In this document: positions 53,866 to 63,601 of the stretch, one piece after another
How the letters are laid out: the number at the start of each line of letters is the position of its first letter
How positions within the stretch are numbered: position 1 is the first letter of the stretch
Source: Lytechinus pictus
Lineage: Eukaryota
Reading direction: 5' to 3'
Length of the DNA stretch: 64,000 nt
NCBI RefSeq assembly: GCF_037042905.1
Contig: NC_087245.1
Span: 38,566,001 to 38,630,000, forward strand
Translations under genes and position numbers: made by a program
Notes under the pieces: model-generated
Told to the model about the DNA's origin: nothing
Databases searched by the model: none
What the model saw: the letters and a program-made list of their open reading frames with translations, nothing else

Positions 53866-56800
53866 AACCCCTAAAAAAAGTTTGGAAATCTCTGTTTGGC
53901 CATTTATTTATCCCAACTCCCAATTTTACACAATGCATATTTTACATCATTCAAAAGATCATTTAATTCTCTTTAAAATGATACCATGCTTGTTATGATC
54001 ATGCCATCATGAAAAGAGCAGGATTCAAAAGTGTTGCTTGGATGCGGTCTGAATTGAAAAGCTGCAAAACGAGCAAAAAAGTTTGGAAATCTGAGTTTGG
54101 CCATTAATTTCACCCAACTCCCAAATTTGCACAATGCATATTTTACATCATTCAAAAGATCATTTAATTCTCTTTAAAATGATACCATGTTTGTTATGAT
54201 CATGCCATCACTAAAAGAGCAGGATTCAAAAGTGTTGGATGAGGTCTGAATTGAAAAGCTGCAAAACGAGCAGAAATGGTCATGAAGGGTCAATTACAGA
54301 ACATGATTCTTTTGTCTGTGTCAATAGATGAAAATCCATTCAAATCAAGCCCCTGCTTCTGTAGTGATGGAGTCGTGGTTTGAAATACCCATGCATGTTT
54401 GTTTGTTTTTTATGTGTTTACTTGTTCAGAGGTGTGTTTGATTCCATATTAATGTTGATGTTAAGGTGCATGAAAATAATTACAAGAAACCGCTGAGAAA
54501 CTCACTCATCACCACTGAAAAAAGAACAGTGACTTTCAATATTGTGTCATTTTGCAACTTTTAAATTTTGACCTTGCTCCACATTTCAAGGCACTGCATC
54601 TCCATGTGAACGATAATCACATCATGTAGGGTATAATTTTAAAGAAAAATAAATGATCTTTTCATTGATATTAATTACACATTGATATTTACTAACAACC
54701 ATGAGGAATTATCGATCAAATTCAACAGAAACCGCTGAGACACTCACTCATCACCACGGAAAAAAGAACAGTGACTTTCAATATTGTGTCATTTTGCAAC
54801 TTTTGAATTTTGACCTTGCCCCACATTTCAAGGCACTGCACCTCCATGTGAACCATAATCATATCATGTAGGATATCATTTTAAAGAAAATTAAATGCTC
54901 TATTTATTGACATTAATTACACATTGATATTTACTAAAACTGAGGAAGGATTATCGATCAAAGTCAGATTTCCAAACTTTTTTTGTGGAGTTTATATAAA
55001 CAAAACAGTGGAAAACAATGGTGCATCCAAAAAATCCATTAAGGCTTGAAAAACTTTTCCGACCGCGGCGTAGCGTCGGCTGCATGCGGTGGCGCGCATC
55101 GTCAACATAATTTAAAATCTTAACGAAGTTTTGAATTTGAAATTCAATCTAGGGACGGCGCTAAAGAGTGGGGGGGTGAACACCCCTGTGATTTTTTAAG
55201 TAGTGGGAGAGAAGAAAGAAGCAAATGAGAATGAAAAGAAAAAAATTAATAAAGAGAAGAGTATAAAAAGATAAATTTGGGCCGTGCAAATCTATAATAT
55301 CCGTTATCCGTTCAAGAATAAAATGACGTCACATTTAATGAGTCGTCTAGCTGAACAAAAAATCACAAAGTTTTATACAATAAAGATTTAAATTACTTTT
55401 TTTACATCTTGCTAGTTATGATTAGTAGTACTACGGCTCTTGGATGCCGTAATGTAACTGAAAATATTTGTACAAATATTTCTTGCATCTGATTATTACG
55501 ATCATTACAAACAAGTCTTAAATCTGTTGCTGAACTTTCACTTCTGTTTCATAAAACTACAAAGAAAATGTTGTTTTGTTAGCTCTCTATCTCTATAGAA
55601 ATGACAAATACAGTAGCACCATTTCAATTTCATGTCTTAGAAACTTGTTTCTGCCGATTGTTTTGGTCGTAAATGACCTTAAAGGAGAATGAAACTCTTG
55701 GAGCAAGTTAGCTTTTGTGAAAGCAGAAAAATCAAAGAATAAGATCAACAAAAGTTTGAGTAAAATAGGACTAGCAATAGAAGAGTTATGAGCATTTGAA
55801 TGTCGATATCACTAATGCTATGGAGATCCTCCCATTGGCAATGCGACCAAGATCTATGATGTCACAGATGAACAACTCTCCCCTTTTGGACACTGAAGAT
55901 ATACCCCAAAACATCTCTTTTTGCTCATTCTAATCATATGACAAACGATTCATCAATGATATAATGTTGTGAAACCTCTGTACTTGTCCTCTCATAAAGA
56001 GAACACCACACCTTGTGATAGACTATAAAAGTGAGAATATAAGTGAAATAAGTACTAAAGTAATGAGGGAGTTGTACGTGTGTGACATCACAGATCTTGG
56101 TCGCATTGCCAATAGGAGGATCTACATGGCATTAGTGATCTCAATATTCAAATGCTCATAACTTTCTTATTATTAATTCAATCTTCCTCAAACTTTCAAC
56201 AATATGTTTCTTTGATTTTTCTTTTTGATATGGATTCAGCTGGTTTCAAGGGTTTCATTCTCCTTTAATATCAAAAGGAAGCGATGCGAGTGACAGAAAA
56301 AGAGTCCTATAATAAATCTTAATTATTTCTTCCATCAAAATAAAATACAAAGCCAAAATCTCTTTATTGGAATAAAAGATGTTTAAGCTTTTTTTGTACT
56401 TGAACGAACTATCTTTTTGTAAATGTTTTATAAGAGTGCAGCGGCATGAAGATTTCAATAATTTTTTTAAAATTCATCTCCATGACATTGAAAATGACTT
56501 TATCACTTATCTGCTAGATATAACTCTACTGAATGTTGCATCATCAACGCCCCCTGGGCAGCACTTTAGGTGGATGCAAAATGCACAAGAGAAAAGGGAG
56601 ATAAAATAAAGACAAATAATCTATTTCAATAGATAATTTTTGCACCCCCCCCCCTCATTTGAAGATAAATTTAATGCATCAAAACTAGTCTGTATATGCT
56701 TTAAAGGGCACAATTTTTGTAGGGCTCGGTTGCTATGGTTCCTCCCATGATAACATTGCCCTGGGAAACGAATGTGGTGGGGGGAGCTGAAGCACCCCAA

Positions 56801-59800
56801 AGATTTTGTTTACCAAACAGACATAAAGACCAGAGTCACACATCCCTTTTTGGGGGAGGGGTTTGACAAAGTTCACCTTCACCTGACAGAGAAAACCTTT
56901 TTTGTTGTTTTGTTTTTTTTGCTCCACAAACTTTTCTCAACAAACCAACATCCCTCTTAGAAAATTATTCCATGGCCCCTGCATGATTCCTCTTAAAAAT
57001 GACAATATTTTGGACCCTGATATTATAGTTCTGAAATTTCCATTCAAGTCCACCCCAACCATAAGTTGATTTGAATAAGAAGAGAAAAATCCAACAAGCA
57101 TAACACTGAAAATTGCATCAAAATCGGATGTCAAATAAGAAATGTTATGACTTTAGAATGTCACAACATTCTTATTTTACATCCGATTTTGATAAAATTT
57201 GTAGCGTTTTGCTAGTTTGATATTTCTTTATTCATTCAAATCATCATTTTTCTGGGGTGGACTTGACCTTTATTAAAGGCATCATATGGGCCGAGAAGTT
57301 GCTTCATCTGTAAAGGTTAAAACATTAATAATGAAAGAAAAGCAGTGGCATAATGAGCAAAAAAGTATGATGGGGCAAGATATGGTGTATCACATTTTTA
57401 GAAAGTTGCAAGCCAGCGAAGCGAGCAAAAATGTTGACACTTTTATTACAAAAATCAAATTTTGTGATAGATTTTGACATGATACTCAGAAAACAATATC
57501 GTATTTCACCCTTCTGGATTAGTCTTCGGACTTTGAAATCGAGGGTCGTGGGTTCGAATCCCAGCCATGGCGTATTTCCTTCAGCAAGAAACTGATCCAC
57601 AGTGTGCTGCACTCAACCCAGGTGAGGTAAATGGGTACCGGTAGGAAGTAATTCCTTAAAAAGCTGTGTGCGCTATGAACGCCTAGCTTAGCTGGGTAAT
57701 ATAGGAGCGCCTTGAGCACCTAACAAGGTGGATATGTGCGCAATATAAATAACCTATATTATTATTATTATTTACTCTCTCTTTCCTTTTCTTTCCTTTT
57801 AAATTCCCTTTTTTTCTTGGTCGTGAAAAACTAGGGGTAAGAGCACTCCCCCCCCCCCCCCCTCTGTACGCCAGTAAAGAAAAGTAACCTCTGAGGTCAG
57901 CAACTTGATTGGATGCAGAAAATGCATAGGATAATTATCAGGGAAAATGAAGACAAATCAGAATCAGAGTACACTAGTTAAAAGTAGCAGAAATTAAGCT
58001 TTGAGGGTTTAAAAATTCAAAACTTTTCCACAGTTTGGTCGCTTCATTCCATCGCACATGTTTCCCTTTCAAGAACTCATTTGGATTTACAACATTAAGG
58101 TTAAACACTTGTTAGTATTCAGTATTGTATATAAAAATATCTTTGTTTCTGTTCAACTTAATTTATTGTCATCAAATATACAAATACATATATAATCAGA
58201 ATATGTAGAAATGATGAAAATAATGTACATTACTATGCACTATATTTAATAATAATAATAATAATACGGTACATAACATTTATAAGGCGCTTAATACTGG
58301 TGTTTCTAAGCGCACTGTGTTCTGTTTATGGTTTGTACTTGGGATTAAAAGAAAAGAACAAAAAGAACAAAATGTGGCAGGGGAAAATGACACAGCTAAT
58401 GCAACTATACTAATAATCAAAACTGGTGTGCACTACAATAAAAGTACATCTCTACTTCAAATAATTCATAAATTTGATCTTACCTGAGTACAGATATTTT
58501 TCTTTTTGCATGATGGTCATAACTCTGCTTTCTCTCTCAGTTATCATAGTTTAGCATAAAAACTGTTCACACCTCCCTTATTACATCTAATATTCAGGTA
58601 TACTTCCATTTTAAAATCACTTTATGAATAATTTCATTCCTCAGAAATTGGCAAGAAAAAAAGTTTTCACAACACAAAAGTACACAATATGTTATAGGGG
58701 GAGTGAACTGTGTGTGGTTTCTCATTGACTGTGTTATAAATACATAGTCTTAAAATATACATTTTTAGATATCTACTGATACTATATACAGAGAATAAAT
58801 TGACCTATAATTGTATTTGTATAGAGAAACTAAAATGTTTTGAGAGGAAAAGTAAGTGTTTTGCTACTGGGTAACATAATTATTGCGGTATAAATGTATT
58901 GAGTAATTAATTAACATGTTATCATTCAAATGGGTCTATATTACTAGACTACACTAGCATTATGGGTCAGGAAACTGGCCAGGTGTGAATAGTTGAGGAC
59001 TCGAGATGGCGCTATTGGTTTGTATCTGCTTTAAGGAACTACAACACTTTCATCAATACCCAAAGAAAAAGGAGCACTGCATATGCAAAGTCATATACAC
59101 CTGAACCATTGTTTAAAAAAGTGGACCTTTACATTTATCAATTCCTCAATAGCAACATCTATGATTTTCCAGAATTTGACAACAAAGTATAACAGCACAA
59201 ATGAAAAGCATATATAAAATAATGAAAATAAATATATGTGAGTTGGTGATATCAATATGAGGCATGGATATTGCACAAAAAATAAAAACTGGAAAGTAGC
59301 AAAGGGTATGGTAGAGTGGGGGTTTCGTATTCCGGTGACCCGGGTTCGAATCCCACTTGGTGCACTAGTGCCCTATAGTAAGGCACTGATCCTCATTACC
59401 AGGTCCCTCGGAGAGGACCTTAAGATGTCGGTCCTCTGGTTGCTTGCGTACATGCATTCATGCTTTTTTTAGCAATCAGGTAAAAAAAAAATCACCACCA
59501 ACTCAACTTAACTCTTCACCTTTACGACCCTGAAAAACTCTTGGTATTTGGTCTCATTTTATTCTTTGTAAACCATGATTAGAATGAAGAAAAAAAAATT
59601 AGAAAAAAAAAGACAATTTTTATATTGGTTCTGGATTTTTACTGTAAAAAAGGAAAGAACACTATTACACATACACAAATAAACACACAAACGAAGTCAC
59701 CCTCGCAAGTGTTAGCATTAGCAGTGTGGATTGGTCCAATCAGTATGCTCATGAATAATTAATATTTTGTGCCCCTGCTGTAATAAAAAAGGCCCCTGTG

Positions 59801-62800
59801 AAGGAACACATTTACTCTGGCCTATTTAAAGGTCAAGTCTGCCCCCCAAATGTTGATTTGAGTCAACAGAGAGAAATCAAACAAGCATAACCCTGAAAGT
59901 AAGTTTTACTTATTTTTCACAAACAATTAAATGTACAGCTCAGTGCACATATGCAAATGAGAGAGTCTATCATGTCTCTCACTCACCATTTCTTTTGTTT
60001 TTGTTTTAATTCTACAATATTTCATCTATTACAGATTCGACAATAAGGAGCAACTTGACTGAACCACAAAAATATTAAAACAGTAATTCACATATTCAGG
60101 GAGATATAAAATGTTGTTTCACATGACAATGAATAGAAAATTAAAATATATCACATTTTGTACATACAAGTGTTTTGTGAAATTAAGCAAAACTTTGAAA
60201 TGCTATAACCTTCTTATTTTACATCTGATTATGATAAAAATTTTAGCATCATGCTTGTTTGATTTTATGTTTGATTCAAATCAATATTTTTTTGAGTGGA
60301 CTTGACCTTTAATATCTCTCCATCACTGCCTGGTCTCCTTCCGGTCCCTGCGTGGCATTTGGAACACATCATATCCTCACTCACTGGACTTTGTCAAAAA
60401 GACTAGCACAAATTGGAATATACACATTGTATAAACATGGACCTAGCAGGTGGCTGTTTCATAAAGCTGTTCGTAAGTTAAGAGTGACTTTAAGAACGAC
60501 TGGTGAACCTTTCTTACGCGCTTTTTTAACCATCGCCAATAAACATACGGTACCACAAGAAAGGATCACCAGTCATTCTTAAAGTCACTCTTAACTTACG
60601 AACAGCTTTATGAAACAGCCACCAGGTCCATGTGTGCAAAATTAAAAAATGGCATGCAATTTACTAGAAGCTTTGGTAGAAGTTGGGGATGAAACTGTCA
60701 CAGAGACTCAGACCCGGGAGCTGTTTCATAAAGATGTTCGTAAGTTAAGAGCGACTTTAAGAACGACTGGTGAACCTTTCTTACGCGCTTAACCATCGCC
60801 AATGAATATACCATTTTGCACAAGAAAGGATCACCAGTCGTTCTTAAAGACTCTCTTAACTTACAAACAGCTTTATGAAACACCCACCTGGGCCCTATAA
60901 CATAGAGCATAGCGATCGATCCTATTACTGATTTTTATGTTTGATCATACACAATGATCAATGCAATCGATCATTAAAGTTAGCCCCATGATCAATCACT
61001 GAGCATTATGCTACGTGGCCGAGGAGAGTGTTTCATAAACATTTTCTACCGACAATTTTGTTGGATCTGACATCTTCCCTTGATTTTGACTGGCTGAAAA
61101 GCTCTGTCACCAGAGCTGCCAAGTTGTATTTTGCATTTTCAGTATTCTTATCCCCCAAAATCAGTATTTTGACAAAAAAATCAGTCTTTTTACCGTGTGA
61201 GATAAATATTTTGTATTTTTCCCAAAAAAAGTGTATTTCATTATAAAATGCTTGGCGCACTCGCCCATCACGGCGCTCAAGCTGCATGCAAGCTAAAATG
61301 TGCACTGCTCTTGCAGATGAAAAAAAAAAAAAACATTGAAACTTTGTATATCTCACCCTGGTTTTTACAAAATGAAAAAAAAGTTACCTGAAATTACATT
61401 GATCTAATAACCATATTTGTGTACGTTTTATGAAATAGAGACATATAGAGATGATTTTTCTCAATAAATTTCGATTTTGTAAATTTTTTTTTTTTTTTTT
61501 TTTTTTTTATACAAAAAACATATTTTTTAAAGAAAAAACGTACTGCCGTATTTTGGTTGCAAAAACGTACTAAATACGGAAAAATCGTACTACTTGGCAG
61601 CTCTGTGTCACTATGGTAACTGTTGGATAAAACATCCAACAAGTCCTTCCATGAAACGATCCCAGGCTTCTGCATTTACATTTTAATGTGGAGCCTTGTG
61701 GCCCAGTGGATTAGTCTTCGGACTTTGAAACCGAGGGTCGTGGGTTCAAATCCCAGCCATGGCGTAATTTCCTTCAGCAAGAAATGTATCCACATTGTGC
61801 TGCACTCGACCCAGGTGGGGTAAATGGGTACCCGGCAGGAATTCATTCCTTGAAATGCCACCGTGCTGTAAAAGGCTGCGGGGCTAAATCCAGGGTAATA
61901 ATATCCAAAGAAGCGCATAGGGATGCATTTGGCAGTGATATGCGCTATATAAGCATATTGGTATTATTATTATTCTGCATTTACATTTGAATGTGGAAAT
62001 ATTCGGAAGCAGAACAGAAGCAACTGAAATAATGATTACCATTTTGCTGTATTGATAAGTCAGAGCAAGATCTGCCACATATTTCCCCTTTAAATAAAGG
62101 AGAGCTGAATAAGACTAAGAGTCGGCTATCAGTGATAAAGATTGACATAATATTTTTCATGCACAATACATACCTCTTCCTGGCCGGACACCACAGCCAT
62201 ACAACTAGAGAGGGCGCTACAAGCTTCGTGAGATCTATCAACAATGCCTTCCAGCCGTTTGGTTAGCTCTGACAAAGAGGAATGGCGGCAAAGGATGACT
62301 TTCAATATTACCTGTAGTTTACATGCCAGTGCAGTATCAAAATCAACATGTCAAGTCAAATGAGAAAATACATGCTGAATACTTTAGAAAGCAGATATAA
62401 TGTAACAGAACTCACTTTAACTTATTCAGCCCCATGTCAAACATACGACAAGTGGAACGCCTCTGGCAGTCTCGCCTGCATCATGCGATTCATTATAGCA
62501 GCTGTGCTGACTTTAAAAACGACTATTGAATAATTATTCACAAAAAACACAATTCATATGATAATAAAATACTGTGTTCACTGACCCTAAATGACATTTG
62601 TCCTTGATCATGTGACCTAAGACTTGTACAAGATGATCAGTGATACTTGATCACCCTCAGATTATGTCCACATTTCACGAACTAGATCCATAAACTTTCA
62701 AAGTTATGATGTCCATTCAACAAATACCCCCAAGTTTGACTGTATATACCTGTAATGTTAATACTGTTATCTGTGCTGCCTTTGAACCCTTCCATCCATT

Positions 62801-63199
62801 GTGAAAGATTTCTGATGCTCTCCTCCAAGAGGTGGTGTCGTGTTTGAGCATTCTGGAATTGAAAAAGGAGAGAGAATTAATAACTTAATTTCCAACTCCT
62901 CTGCAACAGACATGCATGTGCCCAATATGATTTTGAGGAAAACATTTTTCATAAAATATACTGCAGATTTTATGAAAAGAGAGAAAAAAAGTATAAAATA
63001 TTGAAAAAGAAAAGGTTCAATTTGCATCTTCATTTCAGCAAGGTCATACCTTCAATGTATCTTGGATGGAGCTCAAGGCAAGGAGTTTCTTCTTATCTTC
63101 TCCTTCCTCGTCATCATCCGAATCAGAGTCGGCAATGATGCAGGAACTAGCCAATCTCTCACTGTAGGATCGATGCTCCCTCAGAGCCGATATCCATTT
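19520..63199 (-). CDS. OSBPL1A: Oxysterol-binding protein-related protein 1 (ORP1L-like), 5'-partial; 12 exons, 2058 nt, 685 aa visible
   Basis: All 12 GT-AG exons join in phase to one stop. OSBP fingerprint [48 protein letters not shown] and C-terminus [15 protein letters not shown] are ORP1/ORP2-type. The PH-domain end and coiled coil upstream indicate the long ORP1L form. Confidence 0.92.
20281..20442. mobile_element. TWA-flanked Harbinger-like MITE; same family at 32914..33106 and 33673..33852
   Basis: gcagtcacatttccc...gaaatgtgactgc TIRs with TTA/TAA flanks. Confidence 0.8.
20468..20591 (-). CDS. OSBPL1A: OSBPL1A exon ([13 protein letters not shown]...[20 protein letters not shown])
   Basis: ttgttatag acceptor, G|gtaaga donor, TDSRLRPD motif. 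Confidence 0.95.
21087..21407 (+). repeat. Dispersed ~320-bp element ending in TTAA; second copy at ~58697..59034
   Basis: The two copies align over their full length (gggagtgaactgtgtgtgg...gagatggcgctattggtttgtatctgctttaa). Confidence 0.85.
21484..21594 (-). CDS. OSBPL1A: OSBPL1A exon (QSPPSSPG...[15 protein letters not shown])
   Basis: (CT)n tract plus CAGCAG acceptor, CAA|gtacgt donor, phase 0-0, LW...RP motif. Confidence 0.85.
21606..21660. repeat. (GA)n/(CT)n microsatellite acting as the polypyrimidine tract of the 21594 acceptor
   Basis: Directly upstream, on the transcript, of CAGCAG. Confidence 0.85.
22288..22599. mobile_element. MITE with ~30-bp TIR
   Basis: ggcccgtattctgaagtcgggttt...aaacccgacttcagaatacgggcc. 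A related right end lies at ~30900..30970. Confidence 0.85.
23089..23212 (-). CDS. OSBPL1A: OSBPL1A exon ([15 protein letters not shown]...ASASDR)
   Basis: ttcttcaacag acceptor, AGG|gtatgt donor, GKW motif of the ORD. Confidence 0.9.
23500..24030 (+). mobile_element. 3' fragment of a second LINE (ORF2 C-terminus plus 3' UTR)
   Basis: ...LLPAKR...YALR...[14 protein letters not shown] resembles the ORF2 C-terminus of CR1/L2-group LINEs. It is followed by AATAAA and a (TTGAA)n tail. Confidence 0.75.
24689..24886 (-). CDS. OSBPL1A: OSBPL1A exon ([28 protein letters not shown]...IEGHISDK)
   Basis: ctttgttgacag acceptor with TACTGAC branch point ~30 nt upstream, CA|gtaagc donor, 198 nt. Confidence 0.93.
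24779..25270 (-). repeat. Tandem triplication (period 168 bp) of the 3' splice site plus the first ~108 nt of the 24689..24886 exon
   Basis: Units start at ~24779, 24947 and 25115. The extra copies encode degenerate [28 protein letters not shown]. Confidence 0.95.
27868..28044 (-). CDS. OSBPL1A: OSBPL1A exon with the OSBP fingerprint EQVSHHPP
   Basis: cttttcacag acceptor, AA|gtaagt donor, [13 protein letters not shown]...KLKFWGKS. Confidence 0.96.
28235..28700 (+). repeat. ~460-bp C/T-rich low-complexity tract
   Basis: Almost pure pyrimidine on the + strand. Confidence 0.9.
28894..28991 (-). CDS. OSBPL1A: OSBPL1A exon ([32 protein letters not shown])
   Basis: tgtttacag acceptor, AG|gtaaat donor, [12 protein letters not shown] motif. 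Confidence 0.95.
30004..30586. mobile_element. TTAA-flanked non-autonomous DNA transposon (Kolobok-like), family A
   Basis: TTAA|AGGAGAATGAAAC...GTTTCATTCTCCT|TTAA with long internal inverted arms. Near-identical inverted copy at 55683. Confidence 0.88.
31682..32276. mobile_element. TTAA-flanked Kolobok-like MITE, family B
   Basis: TTAA|AGGTCAAGTCCACCCC...GGGGTGGACTTGTCCT|TTAA. Confidence 0.88.
32384..32766. mobile_element. Kolobok-like family B, internally deleted copy
   Basis: Same TIRs and TTAA TSD, ~110 bp from the previous copy. Confidence 0.85.
35697..35907 (-). CDS. OSBPL1A: OSBPL1A exon: ORD start/lid (RLPAPM...[27 protein letters not shown]...DPVDRMK)
   Basis: atctgtag acceptor, AAG|gtcagt donor, conserved ORD motif. 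Confidence 0.95.
36560..37032 (-). CDS. OSBPL1A: OSBPL1A exon: coiled coil and FFAT-equivalent linker
   Basis: ttctctccag acceptor, AG|gtaata donor, 473 nt, [27 protein letters not shown] coiled coil. Confidence 0.9.
37465..37628 (+). mobile_element. TAGTCTGC...GCAGACTA element with ~9-bp TSD; copies at 44850..45025 and 5580..5662 (inverted, deleted)
   Basis: 8-bp TIR. Flanks attgagacg/attgagaca here and ggtaataac/ggtagtagc at 44850. Confidence 0.8.
38098..38972 (+). repeat. Recent 437-bp tandem duplication overlapping a TTA-flanked MITE (38011..38431)
   Basis: 38101.. matches 38538.. with only ~4 differences seen. Confidence 0.95.
39665..40132. mobile_element. TTAA-flanked Kolobok-like MITE, family C (partial relative at ~15405..15690)
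   Basis: TTAA|AGGGGAAGTTCAC...GTGAACTCTCCCT|TTAA. Confidence 0.8.
40396..41127. mobile_element. Non-autonomous piggyBac-like element
   Basis: TTAA|CCCTTTAGCACCT...AGGTGCTAGAGGG|TTAA (12/13 TIR match), no transposase ORF. Confidence 0.8.
47762..48235. mobile_element. CCCGGG-terminated non-autonomous element with G/C runs (related left end at ~9517..9730)
   Basis: cccggg..ggg..ccacttacattgacg left end shared with 9517; right end gagtacccccc...cccggg. Confidence 0.55.
48466..48730 (-). promoter_or_regulatory. Candidate internal promoter and alternative first exon of OSBPL1A
   Basis: Strong donor GAA|gtgagt at 48466/48465, YY1-like ATGGCG near 48683, CTCF-like AGATGGCGCTA near 48708, CpG-retaining surroundings. 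Confidence 0.45.
49790..51588 (+). mobile_element. 5'-truncated, frameshifted non-LTR retrotransposon (CR1/L2/Crack group) ORF2 reverse transcriptase with 3' UTR
   Basis: Three overlapping ORF fragments carry [37 protein letters not shown] and KYLGV. The 3' end has a hairpin (gcagggc...ccctgc) and an (AAAT)n tail ending ~51588. Confidence 0.95.
51829..53231. mobile_element. Long foldback element (arms ~390 bp) interrupted by a Kolobok-like insertion
   Basis: 52480..52820 is the imperfect reverse complement of 52850..53185. Termini agccgggcgcaca / tgtgagccgggct. Confidence 0.85.
51873..52475. mobile_element. Kolobok-like family B copy nested in a foldback element
   Basis: TTAA|AGGACAAGTCCACC...GGTGGACTTGACCT|TTAA. 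Confidence 0.88.
53819..53865. repeat. (TA)n microsatellite
   Basis: Directly visible; abuts the TA-target element. Confidence 0.95.
53866..54992. mobile_element. TA-flanked Tc1/mariner-like non-autonomous element with internal tandem duplications
   Basis: TA|aacccctaaaaaaagtttggaaatct...agatttccaaactttttttgtggagtt|TA. Internal repeats of period ~201 and ~242 bp. Confidence 0.75.
55683..56264. mobile_element. Kolobok-like family A copy, opposite orientation to 30004
   Basis: Same TIRs and TTAA TSD. The sequence is the reverse complement of 30004..30586 with few differences. Confidence 0.88.
57040..57270. mobile_element. Kolobok-like family B, short deletion derivative
   Basis: caagtccacccc...ggggtggacttgacct arms only. 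Confidence 0.75.
57515..57771 (+). mobile_element. tRNA-derived SINE, same family as 61690 (5' end slightly truncated)
   Basis: B box GGTTCGAATCC, same core, (TAT)n tail. Confidence 0.88.
58697..59034 (+). repeat. Second copy of the 21087..21407 element
   Basis: Direct sequence match with a short internal insertion. Confidence 0.85.
59305..59480 (+). mobile_element. SINE head fragment (different family)
   Basis: B box GGGTTCGAATCCC followed by a non-tRNA body. Confidence 0.6.
59830..60308. mobile_element. Kolobok-like family B, older copy
   Basis: TTAA|AGGTCAAGTC...GGACTTGACCT|TTAA, diverged. Confidence 0.8.
60450..60888. mobile_element. Two adjacent ~172-bp palindromic MITEs (60450..60622, ~60716..60888); same family at ~17933..18110, 29527..29696 and 42975..43133
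   Basis: gtttcataaagctgttcgtaagtt...aacttacgaacagctttatgaaac arms with CWG-type flanks. Confidence 0.88.
61111..61605. mobile_element. Non-autonomous hAT-like element with 6-bp TSD, nested in a MITE
   Basis: tgtcac|CAGAGCTGCCAAGT...ACTTGGCAGCTCTG|tgtcac, perfect 14-bp TIR. Confidence 0.9.
61690..61975 (+). mobile_element. Full-length tRNA-derived SINE
   Basis: A box TGGCCCAGTGG, B box GGTTCAAATCC, central core GCACTCGACCCAGGTG..AAATGGGTACC, LINE-like gcgc...gcgctatataa end and (TAT)n tail. Confidence 0.9.
62174..62268 (-). CDS. OSBPL1A: OSBPL1A exon ([32 protein letters not shown])
   Basis: cctctttgtcag acceptor, GAG|gtatgt donor, phase 1-0. Joins across the 25.1-kb intron to [11 protein letters not shown]. 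Confidence 0.82.
62449..62735 (+). mobile_element. Possible Helentron-associated (HINE-like) non-autonomous element fragment
   Basis: acaagtggaacgcctctggc start followed by TGACCT-rich units. Family assignment from recalled pattern only. Confidence 0.4.
62750..62852 (-). CDS. OSBPL1A: OSBPL1A exon ([22 protein letters not shown]...NIT)
   Basis: tttcaattccag acceptor, G|gtatat donor, phase 0-1. Confidence 0.78.
63050..63199 (-). CDS. OSBPL1A: OSBPL1A exon: PH-domain C-terminal helix and acidic linker ([13 protein letters not shown]...[11 protein letters not shown]...IQDTLK)
   Basis: cacctag acceptor, AAG|gtatga donor, 150 nt phase 0-0, typical PH-end helix W-x-x-A-L. Confidence 0.85.
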
Positions 63200-63444
63200 C
63201 TAGGTGTTGGAAGAATCAAAACAGAGCAGTAAATAGCAAAAGTAATAATTTGGTCTCCAAAAAGTTTAAATAAGAAAATAAACTTCTCTGAAAAAGTAGT
63301 TCTTTCTTCATACTTCTAAATTAATAAAGTTGAATGAAAAGACAAGGTACAAGAGTTTCTTCGACACCATTTTTTGCAGACTGCATGCTTAGAAGTTTCA
63401 CTGACTTTGTCCAATATGCACATCTCAGGCTGGAGCGAACCCAG

Positions 63445-63601
63445 TGGCCCGTTTCATAAAGGACTTGCAACTGTTGTAACTTTGTCATTATGGCAACTAC
63501 CATGGAAACAGGACTCAGCAGCCAATCATAATCAAGGTTTCCATGGTAGTTGCCATAATGGCAAAGTTACAACAGTTGCAAGTCCTTTATGAAACAGGCC
63601 C
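63445..63601. mobile_element. Palindromic MITE with CAG TSD
   Basis: Near-perfect hairpin gtttcataaaggacttgcaactg...cagttgcaagtcctttatgaaac. Confidence 0.88.

Noticed and set aside
61690..61765. tRNA gene (also ~57520, ~16060 and ~59310)
   Set aside because: The A/B boxes continue into a SINE core and tail, with no proper acceptor stem or terminator.
62269..62312. Upstream acceptor (actacag|GT at ~62312) for the 62174 exon
   Set aside because: It reaches an in-frame TGA. The 62268 acceptor keeps the frame and the homology.
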